Below the pieces are notes generated by a model. The model was not told where the DNA came from. It saw only the letters and a list, made by a program, of their open reading frames with translations, and searched no databases. A program made the translations under genes and the position numbers. Shown one piece after another: positions 27,258 to 40,329 of a DNA stretch of 64,000 bases. Each line of letters opens with the position of its first letter. Position 1 is the stretch's first letter. The DNA comes from the human T2T-CHM13v2.0 reference genome, Homo sapiens, in the NCBI RefSeq assembly GCF_009914755.1, contig NC_060931.1; one strand, 5' to 3'.

Positions 27258-27539
27258 AATACTTGAATGGATCACATGTTCCCATATTTCACTTGAATTT
27301 GCTACATGCATGTGCAAGGACACACAGACACGCTAAACACCCCACACTAATGGCAAGCCATCTCTAGCTTCAAAATGCACGTTATATATCTAGGCATATG
27401 GAAACTCAGACTTTCTTTTGGTAGATTTGTTTTAATTTAAGTCCTGCCCAATATCACTTGCGTTTAAGAAAACAATTTTCTGGCAAAAAGGAAAGAAAAA
27501 AAAGTAAAACATTAAATCATTCCAACAGTAATATTTAAA

Positions 27540-28150
27540 AAAAATAAAATTTAAAACTTTTTACTTATTCAAACGATTATTTTTGTGCATGCAAAAAATT
27601 ACACAATTATTAAGCATACAATTTGACACATTTTCACAAAGGAAACACCCACATGAAAACATAGAATTTTATTAAAATCTCAGAAGTCTCCTCCTGATCT
27701 AGTCATTATGGCCTACCCAAGGTAACCACTATGTTGATTCCTGCCACCACTGATCACTTTCATCATTTAAAATCTTAAACTTTAATAAACGGTATTATCC
27801 AGTACGTAATCTTTTTGCCTGAATGTTTTTGCTCAGCAATTTGTTTTTGATATGATTCTTTGTTTTTGTGGATAGTAATGTTTTCATTGTTCTCATTGCT
27901 ACAGAGTATTCTATTGCTTAGATATTTCACTGTTTTTAATTCTTTTGTCAATGGATATTTGGCTTATTTTCACTTCATAACTATTAAGACAGAGTTGCTA
28001 TACCCACTCTTGTACACGTCCTTTGGTGAACAGATATGTACATATTCCAACAGGGTAGAGTGGAATAGCCAGCTCACAGGGTAGACATATGTTCAGCTTT
28101 AGGAGATATTGCCAAACAAGTCTTCAACGTGTTTCTACAGTTTATCTTTT
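27540..28150 (-). mobile_element. Old L1 (L1ME/L1MC-type) 3' region
   Basis: 'aggtaaccactat', 'cttttgtcaatggatatttggc', 'gtggaatagccagctcacagggtagacatatgttcagcttta'. Confidence 0.7.
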
Positions 28151-30478
28151 GGTAATTAATTCTTGTCCAATTTGCTAAAATCTGGACTCTGCTACCTCTA
28201 AGTAGATCTTGTAAATATGATTGAAACATTAAAAACTGCTTATTGATTTTATATTTAAAATCATCTAGACAGACCAGGGTTCCTAAAGTAGCGTGGGGAA
28301 CATTAATTCTTAAGATAATAAATGGAATGAAGGAAGTGGGGAAGAGAAGAGAGAAAGTAAGTTTCATGGCCAAATAAAATGGGGAAGCAGGACGAATCAA
28401 GTAAAAGAACAGCCTTTAATGCAAGTTCTCAGATCTGCTAATATCTGCTGTGCATTGACAGTGACAGGGGGTGGGACTACAGCATGCAGTTCTGTGATAG
28501 GAACATGATAAAAACCTTTTTTTTCCTCACAGAGTATCTTGTAGGGCTATGGTTCCACAAAATTTACTTTGAGAAATGCTGGGCAAGAAAATTTGCTCAG
28601 TGATTACCAGGAATATCCGTAATCCTTAAAAATTGCTCCAACTGAAGCATTAGCAGCATGTAAAATGCAATAAAGTGCTTTGTTCCAGATTATATATTTC
28701 TGTGCTTCTTTGTTTTGATTTCATCCACCTTTGAGTTCATTTTTCCATTGTTCTGTGCCCTAAATACATTAACAAATTCAATGTCTGTGATGGTTCTTAG
28801 TTCTTGACATTGCAAGTCTAGCTGTAACAATTCAATATTGATCTCTTCTTTTTAAGTGAGTATTCTGAGGCTGGAGCAAAATTAGGTTACTTAAGATTGC
28901 ACATATTTTAGCTTGAGTAAATAAAATTGCTCAAGTTTTTATCATATATTCATCTATAGGCTGGCTTTACAATCAGTGTTATCTCCTCCAAGTGAAATGC
29001 TCTCTGTCATGTTGATTTAGTTTAAATAAACTTGTTTCCCTGGTGTGTATTGGAATTATCATCACCTTCATTCTCCAACATGCAAATTATAAAGAAGCCT
29101 CTTAAGTTTCCTGTAGAATAGCATTACATTTGAGAAAGAGAGAATAATCTAATCAAATGTGAACTCCTGGATCTCATTCTTATCATTAAGAAAAGAATGA
29201 CTAGGGAATGGGGCCTCTTTGGCTCCTGTTCTCAGTTAACTTGAATTCAATGTAATACCCTTTGGAATGAATATTGGATTTCAATAAAGAACATTTGGGG
29301 AATATGAAACTCAGAAAGCAATGACAGCATCCAAATTTATGACGGCTCAAAGATGCTTGAAATAGCAATTTATGCCAGATCAAATACCATTTCAATGGGT
29401 TGTAGGCTACTGGGGAAAAGTGTTTATAGAACATCTTATATCTGCAAAGTACTTTCAGTCATTTTTAATAGTCATGTTGGATGGATGGTTATAATTTCAG
29501 GTGACAAGGACAACTCAGTGAGACAACTGACATTCAACAGATTTTATGGAAAATTAAATTATCTTGAAATGTTAGGTTTGATCATGGAAATAACAGCAAT
29601 AATAAAGAGAAAGAAAAATAGGAGGAAGAAAAAGAAAAAGTGGAAGAAAAATGAGTATGAGAAAGCAATGATAATTGTTGATATTAAAATTACAATTTGT
29701 GCTTTGTCTAATGAGTTAGTTTCTAGCCTCAAACATCTGGTATCAAAAGCAAGACCTGGAAATTTTTCTAAGAATAGAATATTTTTCATAGTAACTTAAA
29801 ATTTTCATTTTGTAGACATGGGCTCTTTCCAGATATTTCTAACATTCAATTTCTGATATGGCAAAGTCCTGGCACGCAGGACTTACCACTATTTGTCTAC
29901 TTGTTTTCAAAACATTTGGAAGTGTATATAGATTGCAAATTTAAAAGATGAAAGCATTATAACAAATGGTTTCTAATACAACAAATTAAAAAAAGAATTC
30001 TAAAACTAAATAAGAGGCAATAGCAAATCATCGATGGGGAAAATAAATGTCTTTATTTTGCTGCTTGTGGTCATTTCGTGGTTCAGCAAAGACTTTCAGT
30101 GGCGTTCATGTTTCTTTTACTAAGCTCCTCAGAGATTATGACTGTTTTAATGCTATTTAATTGATTATGGAGGAAATCAGGGTTTGTGATATCCTTTAAG
30201 TCATGCCAATCCCAAAGAATATTCAAATAAATATTGAAATGCAAATTTAACACTCTCATCAAGTAAGTCTAACTTTCATCCTTGGTCAAGTAGGTAAGGC
30301 ATATCAGACAGAGGCAAAAGTTCATAGATGTGGGGCTATGCTGTTAAATTGGCGGCCCTCAGGGAACCATGCCTCCCAGTATTCATATAATTGTTCAGAA
30401 CTTTCCCTCCCTGACTCTGTTGAAAGTAGTATATTCACATATTTTAGACAAATTGTCCTACAAGGTATAAAAAGGTAA

Positions 30479-30860
<382 letters not shown>

Positions 30861-30883
30861 AATTCTTGTGATTTTAAAGTTTC

Positions 30884-30930
30884 TGTATTAGTCATTGTTC
30901 ACTAGAGGAACAGAACTAATAGGATATATA
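30884..30930 (-). mobile_element. MLT2 (HERV-L LTR) 3' terminus
   Basis: 'tgtattagtcattgttcactagaggaacagaactaataggatatata' is the reverse complement of the recalled MLT2A/B end (...CCTATTAGTTCTGTCCCTCTAGAGAACCCTGACTAATACA). Confidence 0.85.
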
Positions 30931-30940
30931 TATGCATATG

Positions 30941-31001
<61 letters not shown>

Positions 31002-31284
31002 GGAGAGATATACATATGGAGAGAGATATATATATACACACATACACATATATATATAGGCTATATATATACACACACACGTACCCTGGAACTTTTATAT
31101 ATATATATATAAATATATATATAAATATATATAAATATAAATATATATATATAAATATATATATAAATATATATAAATATAAATATATATAAATATATAT
31201 ATATTTATATAAATATATATATTTATATATATATTTATATAAATATATATATAAATATATATATATAGAGAGAGAGAATCCTGG

Positions 31285-31325
<41 letters not shown>
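30923..31325. repeat. ~400-bp complex (TA)n-rich microsatellite
   Basis: Two long pure TA runs plus (TATATAAA)-like, (CA)n and (GA)n segments. Confidence 0.97.
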
Positions 31326-31327
<2 letters not shown>

Positions 31328-31485
31328 CTGCCACTGACACCTCAAGCACCATTTGATCTGCTGGGTCATATGGCCCAAGTGGCAGAGCAGCAGCCTGGAC
31401 CTGTTGCAGAGCCTTCTCCTCCTCTGGGCCCCATTCAAAAATAGCAGCCTTTCGGGTCGCTTGATAAATGGGCCGGAGTAACACA
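31326..31485 (-). mobile_element. HERV-L internal pol fragment (RT connection / RNase H-proximal region)
   Basis: Minus-strand translation [52 protein letters not shown] matches recalled ERV-L Pol (..[51 protein letters not shown]). Confidence 0.88.
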
Positions 31486-33129
31486 ATTTCTTTGAAGCCC
31501 TTCATTTATTCCCAATTATTTGTTTCCTTTGGATTTACCTTTTAGGTTTTGTCTTTCGGGTTTGAGACTTCATCCAGTATTTGGTAATCCTTATTATGCT
31601 TTTACATTTAAAATTGGATTAGAAAAAAAAAATTTGATTGTATGATCTGTGCGAGTGGGTGGGGCTCATCCACTGATGGGTTTCACTGCACATTGAATGG
31701 TGAGTTGGGTTTTTATTGGAGGGTTCCCATTGCCAAGTACCCGGAGCTATTTGCCTTCTCCATAGAAGAATCCTCCAGTTTCTTTCATGAAGGGTTTCAG
31801 TCTGGCTAGAGGCATCCTGAGATCTGAGCTGAGTACAGACTTTTCCTTAATTCTCCTATTTTCAGCCTGACATCAAGCCCTGCCCCTGGGTATGCCCATG
31901 GCTATGTATACAGGTGGCCTTAGTTTCTCCATTGATATTTCTCCAATTTCTCCAAAGAATAATCATCTAACATTTGGCTAGATTGAGTAAGAAAAAGGGT
32001 AGTTGGTTGGATATATATGGTGGACATGGAGAGCTGGTGCCAACTGATCTATCAACCATGTTCCCTTTTTGAGCTCCAGGTTTTACCCCACCTTCAGCAA
32101 GCCCCAGTGCCTCCAGTTTCCGTGACTTTCCAAGATCCTGTGAAAAGGTGACAGGGTGGAGGGCGGTGACATTGCTAACTGGCATTTCTTACCACAGGCT
32201 TTCACATTTCATTACAATTTCTGTTGCTCCCATCAGTCAGATGTATTCCTCCATCCCCTTTCCTGATTCTGAAAATGTGTTGGCCTCTCCAGTCTTCTGA
32301 TTCCTTGCCCATTTCTTTTTCTGCATGGATTTATATATTTTACCATGTATACTGTCATTTTAGTGATGTTTCAGGAATAAGCAGAAATTAAACACATGTG
32401 TTCACTATGTCAAATTAACTCCAAGACTTTTATAATTTTAGATACAATTGCCACTGATAAGGATGGCATTGTAACTCATTAAGAACGACTTAATGTAATG
32501 CTTGACTTGTTTAACATATAGTTAGATCTTGATGCTGGATAAGTATTAGAGTACATAATCAAGCAATTGGCAACCACTATAGTTTTCTAAAGTAGAAAGC
32601 GTTCTAGTCCAATTTGAATTCTTCTAAAATAGAATTATAGTCCTCACCACAAGTGGAAAGTGATAAATGTCATTTACAATGTACTGTTATGAGACACGTT
32701 GATTACAGGAAGGTTTGAAATTCAATTTCAAATGTTAGGCATTGGCAAGGTGATGACGGTGAATAACTGTTTTGTATGCAGTGAATAGTTATCATCCAAA
32801 AAATCAGCTTTTGTAAATGTATTAAGTGTTATCTTTAGAAAATATTCAAGACCATGCTTAAATTCCACTTTCTCTACCATGTCATCTCCCTAACTTCTTA
32901 GCCAGAAACCATCTCATCCTCATCCTGTAAACATTTGCTGTCTACACCCGCAGTTTCTAATGTTTTTAATTTCACTGAGTGAGAACTGATTGCCCACTGG
33001 GTCCCTCTCTTCCAACTGAAGTAACAACACAGGGTTGCCACATTTCTTGGCCCTCTAAGGATATTAAACAAACAAACACTTTAAAAAAAAATCTCACAAA
33101 ATAATTATTAACTATCACTATCATTCCAT

Positions 33130-34012
33130 TTAAAAGGAGCTACTAGCTACAGAACTAGCAACCAAAAAATAATAAAGTATTGGATTATAGCCAAAGTATA
33201 AAATATTAGGTTTGAAAGTAACGGCAAAAACTATGATTACTTTTTGCACCAACCTAATGATTGATTGAATGAATAAATGAGGTAGAATAGAAAAATCTCC
33301 CGTATAGAAGAATTCTATTTAATGTATATAGATGCTGTTATATAATGTATATAGATATCAAGGAGGAGAAGCATAAATCCCCACTACTTAAGTGTGGGCT
33401 GCACATAGTGACTTTTTTCCAAGGACTACATAAATGAAAGGGGGTAGAGTGTGGGGGAAATCACCTTACAGTAAAGAAACCCCACAAGCATCACTCAGTT
33501 ACATGATGAAGCTTAATATCGATAGTGATAAGTCACATTGATCACACATCCCTTTAATAAAATGATGAGAATGGCACTTTATCTCTATGATCTTTTTCTC
33601 CCAAACCCATAACCCAGACTAACCATGAGAAAAACATCAGACAAACTCAAACTGATAGTCATTCTACAAAATACTTGACAAATACTCCTCAAAATTGTGA
33701 GTCACCAAAAATAAGGAAAATCTGAGAAATTGTCACAATCTAAGGGACATAATAATTATATGTAATGTGGTATCCTGGGTGAAATTCTGCAACAGAAAAA
33801 GAATATTAGGTAAAAACAAAAGAAATGTATGGACTTCAGTTAATAATAATATATCAACATAGGTTTATTAGTTACGACAAACATACCACACTAATGCAAG
33901 ATAACAGAGAAAATTGGATGAAAGTTAAACATAAACTCTCTGTACTATTTTTGTACATAAATATAATCTATTCTAAATAAAATATAAATCTATTCTAAAA
34001 TAAAAAGTTTTC
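33130..34012 (+). mobile_element. L1MC/L1MD-type 3' UTR
   Basis: 'cttaagtgtgggctgcacatagtgactt', 'accatgagaaaaacatcagacaaac', 'taatgtggtatcctgg', 'aactctctgtactattttt', terminal aataaaa. Confidence 0.8.
33206..33257. mobile_element. MADE1, internally deleted, nested in L1
   Basis: 'ttaggtt' left terminus joined to 'ggcaaaaactatgattactttttgcaccaacctaa' right terminal repeat. Confidence 0.8.
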
Positions 34013-34299
34013 ATGAAAACTACCACAACAGTAGAATGAAAACACTTCTGTAAATTCAGAAGGAAGGGCTTTATTTCTGAAAAACAACAAAAACAACAAC
34101 AACAAACCTCTCTATAATGCTTTTTTTTTTTCTTGTTTTGTCACAGTTTAGAACTTTTTCAAGAATCTAGACTACTCAACTGGCTTTTGGGACACATTGG
34201 TCTCTAGCATTCTGGGTTACTCATTTGTGGTATTATTGTGACATGCACAATCTACCACTTCCTTTGAGGAGATTTTAAAAGAGATTTTATGTTTGAATC

Positions 34300-35003
34300 T
34301 ATTGGAGACTGGGAGGGCCTCAGAAGCAAGGTCTCTCTGATTGCCTCTGGCCCTCCTGTCTGTCATTCCCCTTTCTCCCACAAGGCATGTCATAGAAACC
34401 AGAATTCCTCTCTTCCAAGGCAGGTCATATAAACCAGAACTCCCCTCTCCCAGAGCAAGCCATAAAACTTAGAAAGGTCACATTCTGACCTACTTTTCCT
34501 GAAAGTCCATCAGAAGACCACAGAGGAAGGAATGTTACACATAGACACCAAGGAAAATCTGAACAGACAGGCCTTGCTGGGTTTCTTTCAATTTATTATC
34601 ATTAAATCATCCCCTTTTGTCCAGTCACATTTCCCCACAACTATTCACTTCTTTCATCAAACTTAGCATAAAAGTACAGTTTTTCCTGGGTCTTTGGGTC
34701 TCCATTTCTGAAGTCTTCCATGTCATGTAAAACTTTTTTAAATAGGCTGGGTGCAGTGGCTCATGCCTGTAATCCTAGCACTTTGGGAGTCTGAGGCAGG
34801 CGTATTACTTGAAGACAGGAGTTCAAGACCAGTCTGGCCAATATAGTTAAGCCCTGTCTCTACTAAAACAAACAAGCAAGCAAACAAAACAAAAAACCCA
34901 CACAACTTTGTTAAAACAAAGTTGTTATGCTTTTCTCTTGTCAATCTGCTTTTTTGTTATAGGGGTGTCAGCCATGCACAGGATATTGCTTTCCTCTTCT
35001 ATA
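34300..35003 (+). mobile_element. MER34-family ERV1 LTR, interrupted by an Alu monomer
   Basis: Shares blocks with the 12386 LTR; ends 'tgcttttctcttgtcaatctg...tatagggg'. Confidence 0.6.
34745..34897 (+). mobile_element. Alu left monomer / FLAM-like
   Basis: 'ggctgggtgcagtggctcatgcctgtaatcc...ccctgtctctactaaaac' then an A-rich tail; no right arm. Confidence 0.85.
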
Positions 35004-35403
35004 CTTAACACCGTGCTTTCTACATAATAGATTCTAAAGAAAAAGGATATTTTTTGTGTAATTTATTTGCATTATTTTATTTCACTAATTTGGAAATAAT
35101 AAATATACAGGCAAAACTTAAATAGGTGCTACTAATTTTATGGAAAATAACTAAAATTCTAAAATAAAATGAGGTGATAAAAGTAATTCTAAAGCATGGG
35201 AAAGCCATAAATATGAAAATTCATATCTCTGTTCAAAAATGAAAACAACAACATATAAGGTATGGGGTCCTAATTGAATTAAAAGATTAATATGAGTCAG
35301 CAATATGTTATTGTTATATATTTGAAATAAGCAATATCATAAAGGTTGAATTGTTTTATGAGCATTTTGACTGTTTTCATTACATTTTAGAAATTATGCT
35401 GAT

Positions 35404-35809
35404 TTTCATGCACGTCCGTGTGAAGAGACCACCAAACAGGCTTTGTGTGAGCAATAAAGCTGTTTATTTCACCTGGGTGCAGGTGGGCTGAGTCCGAAAA
35501 GAGAGTCAGTGAAGGGAGATAGGGGTGGGGCTGTTTTATAGGATTTGGGTAGGTAAAGGAAAAAGGGGGGTTGTTCTCTGGCGGGCAGGAGTCGGGGGGT
35601 CACAAGGTACTCAGTGGGGGAGCTTTTGAGCCAGGATGAGCCAGGAGAAGGAATTTCACAAGACAATGTCATCAGTTAAGGCAGGAACAGGCCATTCTCA
35701 CTTCTTTTGTGGTGGAATGTCATCAGTTAAGGCAGAAACTGGCGATCTGGGTGTGTACGTGCAGGTCACAGGGGATATGATGGCTTAGCTTGGGCTCAGA
35801 GGCCTGACT
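35404..35809 (-). mobile_element. Solo LTR7 (HERV-H LTR), complete, LTR7up-type
   Basis: Reverse complement reads (A)GTCAGGCCTCTGAGCCCAAGCTAAGCCATCATATCCCC...CCTATAAAAC...CTCTTCACACGGACGTGCATGAAA; perfect 5-bp TSD ctgat (35399-35403, 35810-35814). Confidence 0.97.
35534..35540 (-). promoter_or_regulatory. TATA box of the LTR7 promoter (fires leftward)
   Basis: + strand 'ttttata' = TATAAAA on the minus strand at the usual U3 position; activity not shown. Confidence 0.6.
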
Positions 35810-37262
35810 CTGATCATGTAATATTTCCTTAATTAGAAGAATTTAATTAAAAATTAGATTTCATGACAAAAAATTTAAACTGAAGTTATTCAGAGGAGAT
35901 ATTTTTATCCTTGTTTTGGGGTTCATTAATATGAAAACCAGTTATCACTGTGAAAAAGACCAAAAAAAAAAAAAAGAGACCTTCAATTGTATTCTCTATA
36001 TTTGTATATTTTATTGGTTTTCACTTTAAGTAGGGAAAATTTGGCAGGATATAATTATATTTTTGGATGATCATAAAACATGTTTATATAGGTTACTAAT
36101 CTTTTATTCTGGTTGTATTTAAGAATAAAAAACCTCAAAATCCATAAATACCAAGAAAGAGGAGCCTGAGAATGTAAGAACCCTATGGAAGAAAAGCTTT
36201 ATATTTTTTATTTTTTTGAGAGAGAGCTATGAAGATGAAAATATTACATATAATAAAGGACAATGTACATAGTACATGTATATTACATAGAGCAAATGGA
36301 AACCAATGTAAACCCATCAGTATGTTAAACATAGTTGTGTGGACAGGGAAAATGGGTGCATAAAGAGATAAAACATAGAAAAGAGAATAAATGGAAAAAA
36401 CATAGAAGTAAAAATAAGAAAGGGTAAATGAAAAAGACAAAAGAGGAAGAACTGAGGAGTGAGAATAAAAAATGGAGGATTATTTTTTATTTTTATCCTT
36501 CTCTAAAGCTAACTAGAATTATGGAGGATATATACAGAGAGAAATAGAAGATACAAAAAGGAAGGGAAAGAGAAAGGAAGAAGGAGGACTGCTTTGAAGA
36601 TTCTAAATTGAATGCACTGTCACACTGTAAGCTTCTAGAGCTGTGGATGTGAGAGTGTTAACACCTTGTATTCCTCTATTTGAATTGCTAATGAGCTCAT
36701 TAACCACTGTTCATGACTCTCAGTGGAGGCCAGGGCATTATCCCTCGGGGTTGACCTGATGCCTGAACAAAGCAAAATACTCCCAGGCCTTCAAAGAAAC
36801 TTCTCCTTTCCCCACAATACCCTCAACCCCTTTGTTGGATATTTAAATATTTGGTTTTCTGGAAGCTTTTCCCAATCACTTTTTGTCTCCATTGTGAGTC
36901 CCACTGCCTGGAAAACCCTCACCGGGGGTTCTACAGTCAGCCTTCTATTCCCATGTCTCATCTGTGTGGCTCACTCCTTTGTGAAGCTTTCCTCAGGTAC
37001 AGCCACAATCACATCCCATCTTCCTGCTAGACTATAAGCGCCATGCTACTTAAAGGAAAAATAAAAAGCAACAACAAAAAACAAAACTGAGGCAAAATTA
37101 AAACAAGTAGAGACTTTATTTGGACCAAGTTTGAGGAGTGCAAGCTGGGAGCACTAATCTTAATCACAGCTATATTCCAGTAACTAACAGTGACTGACCT
37201 AGAGAAGGTGCTAAATACATATCAGATGGGTGAATGAATACAATGAATGGATGGATGAGTAG

Positions 37263-37789
37263 TGTGGGAGACCAGGATATACCTCCCCAAAATATGAAGG
37301 AGTGTTGAGCTGAAGACAAACAAGAAGCAGCAGAGGCAGGAAAGCTCTTTGCCTTCCATTTACCTAAAAGCAGGATATAGATTTACAAAAACAAAAGGTA
37401 TCCCACCTCCCCTTCTACCAGGGAGAACAAAGATTAACCACTGAAGACAATTTTAGACCCTTATTGACCTGGAGATGGTACCAGAGGAATCTGCGTTAAC
37501 AAGCTTCACTAACTAGCCTTTTTATGCCATTATTGCCTTTTCACAAGTTGCTTCCCCTAGAGACTCAGAGTCTTTTCCTTTGTCTTGCCATTTCTTTAAA
37601 AATTTACTATTCTATTCTTAGTTGAAGATGCTATATAAGCCACTTCTAGGAGAACTACTTTATTTCCTGTCTCCCATGTATATATAAAATATTTATGTTA
37701 ATAAACTTCTGCTTTTCTCTTGTTAATCTATTTTTTTCTTACAGGGATCCATTCTAACTAAGAACCGATGGGGGTTACTCTTCCCTACA
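37263..37789 (+). mobile_element. MER34A-like ERV1 solo LTR
   Basis: TG...CA ends ('tgtgggagaccaggatatacctccccaaaatatg' ... 'ttccctaca'); internal TATATAA and AATAAA; 4-bp flanks gtag/ctag. Confidence 0.75.
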
Positions 37790-39543
37790 CTAGTCTAAAC
37801 TACCCACTTGTCTGTTTCCAACTTGATTATGATATTTGACTGCAGCGACCAACTGCTCGTCTATTGATCTCTAATATCCAGTATTGTACACCTGGCATAT
37901 ACTTAGACTTGCAACTGAATGAATGAACTGATGGAACTGCCAGAGATATTCTCAACCAAACAATTTATAAAATGTAACTTAGAATGAAGCTTTTTGAAGT
38001 AACTTTTTTTATAATATGGTGAATGTAATGTGTTTATGTATATGTGAATATGTATGTGTGAATTTTATGATGAGATGCTCCTCAAAAATAAGGGAAATTA
38101 TTTTTCCCTTTGAAATTTAAAAATTAATAAGATAGATCAAAAACACACATGCTAACTTAAAAAGAATCTGACAGTACAGAGCAATATTATCATGTACCCA
38201 TTTAAGAGAGGAATATCAATGGATTAAAAGAAAATCAAGGGGAAAATGATGACTGGCCCTCTGTGCTACAGTTCTTGAAAAGGACAATAGGTTCTTCTAA
38301 ACAAGGTAATGATGTACGTGTTCAGTCACATGTACAATCCATGTAGAACAACTCACAAATGTTATCTGATGAGTATTTCCTGTTGATGTGTATTGTACAA
38401 TGCAATCTACACAGACTGGTGAGGCAGAAGAAGAATCATGATACCTCATCCCAATTGGGGCACAGGCAGGTTTCAGAACATTAAATTTTAACATAATCCA
38501 TAGATACAAAATTGAAAGTGATTTAACTTCCTCATGATCATTCATAGCCAGCCAAACCTAGTTAGAAAAAACTTGAGCTAGTTCAGCAAATGACTCTCAA
38601 AGTACTCTGTAGGAATCTTAAGTGAATTCTGATGCCTACGTATAGCCCATTCAGATCAGAAAGACTAAAGAGAATGAGTTTTATCTATTTCTATCCAACA
38701 TTTGATGAGGACAAATTTTAGTCATATTATTCATTCTTGATTTGAAATTATTTTTAAACAAAAACATAAAGTTCTGTCTGTCCTGTCTGGGTCTACTGAG
38801 TAGACAAACAAACATCCCACACCCTTCCCCATCCCAATCAAGATAATGACATCACAAATGCAGATGACGACAGATCTAATTTCAATAGAATTTTGAATTT
38901 AATGCCATATAAATAATTTAGTTCTCATTTATAGTCTTTTTGAATTATGATGGTGAGTGACTAGGGATGCATAATTTCAGCTTCTACTTTTCAATAAAAT
39001 TCTCAAGGAAACACAGAGAGATGTAATTATACCATTTGAAAAAACTCAGTATTAGCTAACAACACTTGGTGAGTGCCAGCAGAAATATCTGCTCAGAGAC
39101 TCTGAGGAAGAGCTGCAGGCCCAGGCTTGGGGGAGGGAGGATATGTATAAGCACCTTGACTACAACTGCTCCCCTCAAGGGTGTCTGGCCTTCTTCAACC
39201 AAAGGAAGCAAAGACCTACCTCTTGCTTCTCTCCAAGGGAGTTGCTTCTTGATGCTATCAGGGCCATTTTATACATATACATATGCCATCACTGCCATTA
39301 GTATTCATTTTTATCCATTCAAGGTCCGTGCTTTCCAGTAGTTTAATACCACCAGGGTGGGTACAGATATGCATAGCAGTATATGGTTAGAACTTTGACT
39401 GTAAATCAGCAGTAGGGAGGGTAGAGACAAGAGCAATTCTTTAAGAGCAGTAACTTCACACATTTTATTTTCTAGAGAAAAATCACACACTACTTGAAAT
39501 AACACAAAAATGAACTTCCTTCCCATATTTACATGATTAGGTA

Positions 39544-40072
39544 AGTAGGGGGAAAGAAATATCTTTCTCTCTCATTGCTAGGATTATCATTGAAGCCCCT
39601 GTAATAAAAGACAGATTAAGAGAGAAAGCATACAAATTTGGTTAAGTTTTGGATGACACAGAAGCTTACATAAGGAAATGAAGACCCAAAGAACAAGGAA
39701 AACCTGTGCATTTTTTTTTCTGTTAAATGAAGAAGAGGACTGTTGTGGAGAGGTGTGATTGGGCAAAGGGAGTATGAACTAATAGCAATAAACTAGGAGG
39801 AACTTAGTAAGGCCTGTTTGTTAAGATTCTCCTCTGTGTTCTTGTGCCTTCAGAAGTAAGGACATTCCTTTCCTCCGGGTATATGGAGAGCACCTCTTAC
39901 ATGAGAATCTTAGGACCTGCTTTAGGGGAAGGTCAGGAACTCCTTCCTAGGTTTTATAACTTGCTTTAGCAGAAAAGGGGTAAGGGGATGATGAGAGTGA
40001 CTTTCCTGCTTCTGTTGTTTTCTCAGATGCAAAGGTACCATGTTTTTGAGTAGTGTGTCCTGAACCCCATCA
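39544..40072 (-). mobile_element. MER34-family ERV1 solo LTR
   Basis: Right end 'gtgtcctgaaccccatca' is the reverse complement of the start seen at 12386; perfect 4-bp TSD ggta (39540-39543, 40073-40076). Confidence 0.78.
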
Positions 40073-40329
40073 GGTAGCAAAAGCAGTTTTCTGCTTAGTT
40101 CAGCAGAGTAAACTGATTTTTGAAAATGGCTTGGTTTTAAAAATGTGACATGTAACCATGCCCCTCAACCAGTCTTCAGGTATAAGGCAGGAAAGGAGTC
40201 TAAGAGCAACCACGTGGGAAGTGAAGGAGAATGGGAAACATCTGTGGTTGAAAAACATTAGATCTGGATATTCCTGTCCTCACTGAACAGAAAGTCACCA
40301 ACTGAGATCTGTAAAATTGTTATGCAATA

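Noticed and set aside
29353-29799. 148-aa ORF with a Lys/Arg-rich stretch
   Set aside because: The basic stretch is an A/G-rich low-complexity tract; no homology recognised and no splice context.
30888-31486. ORFs with long YIYI repeats
   Set aside because: Read-through of the TA microsatellite; only the pol-like segment of 31095-31505 has real homology and it is a fragment.
34300-37789. Two same-strand MER34-type LTRs as ends of one provirus
   Set aside because: They are dissimilar, the second has its own flank repeat, and the intervening DNA shows no gag/pol similarity.
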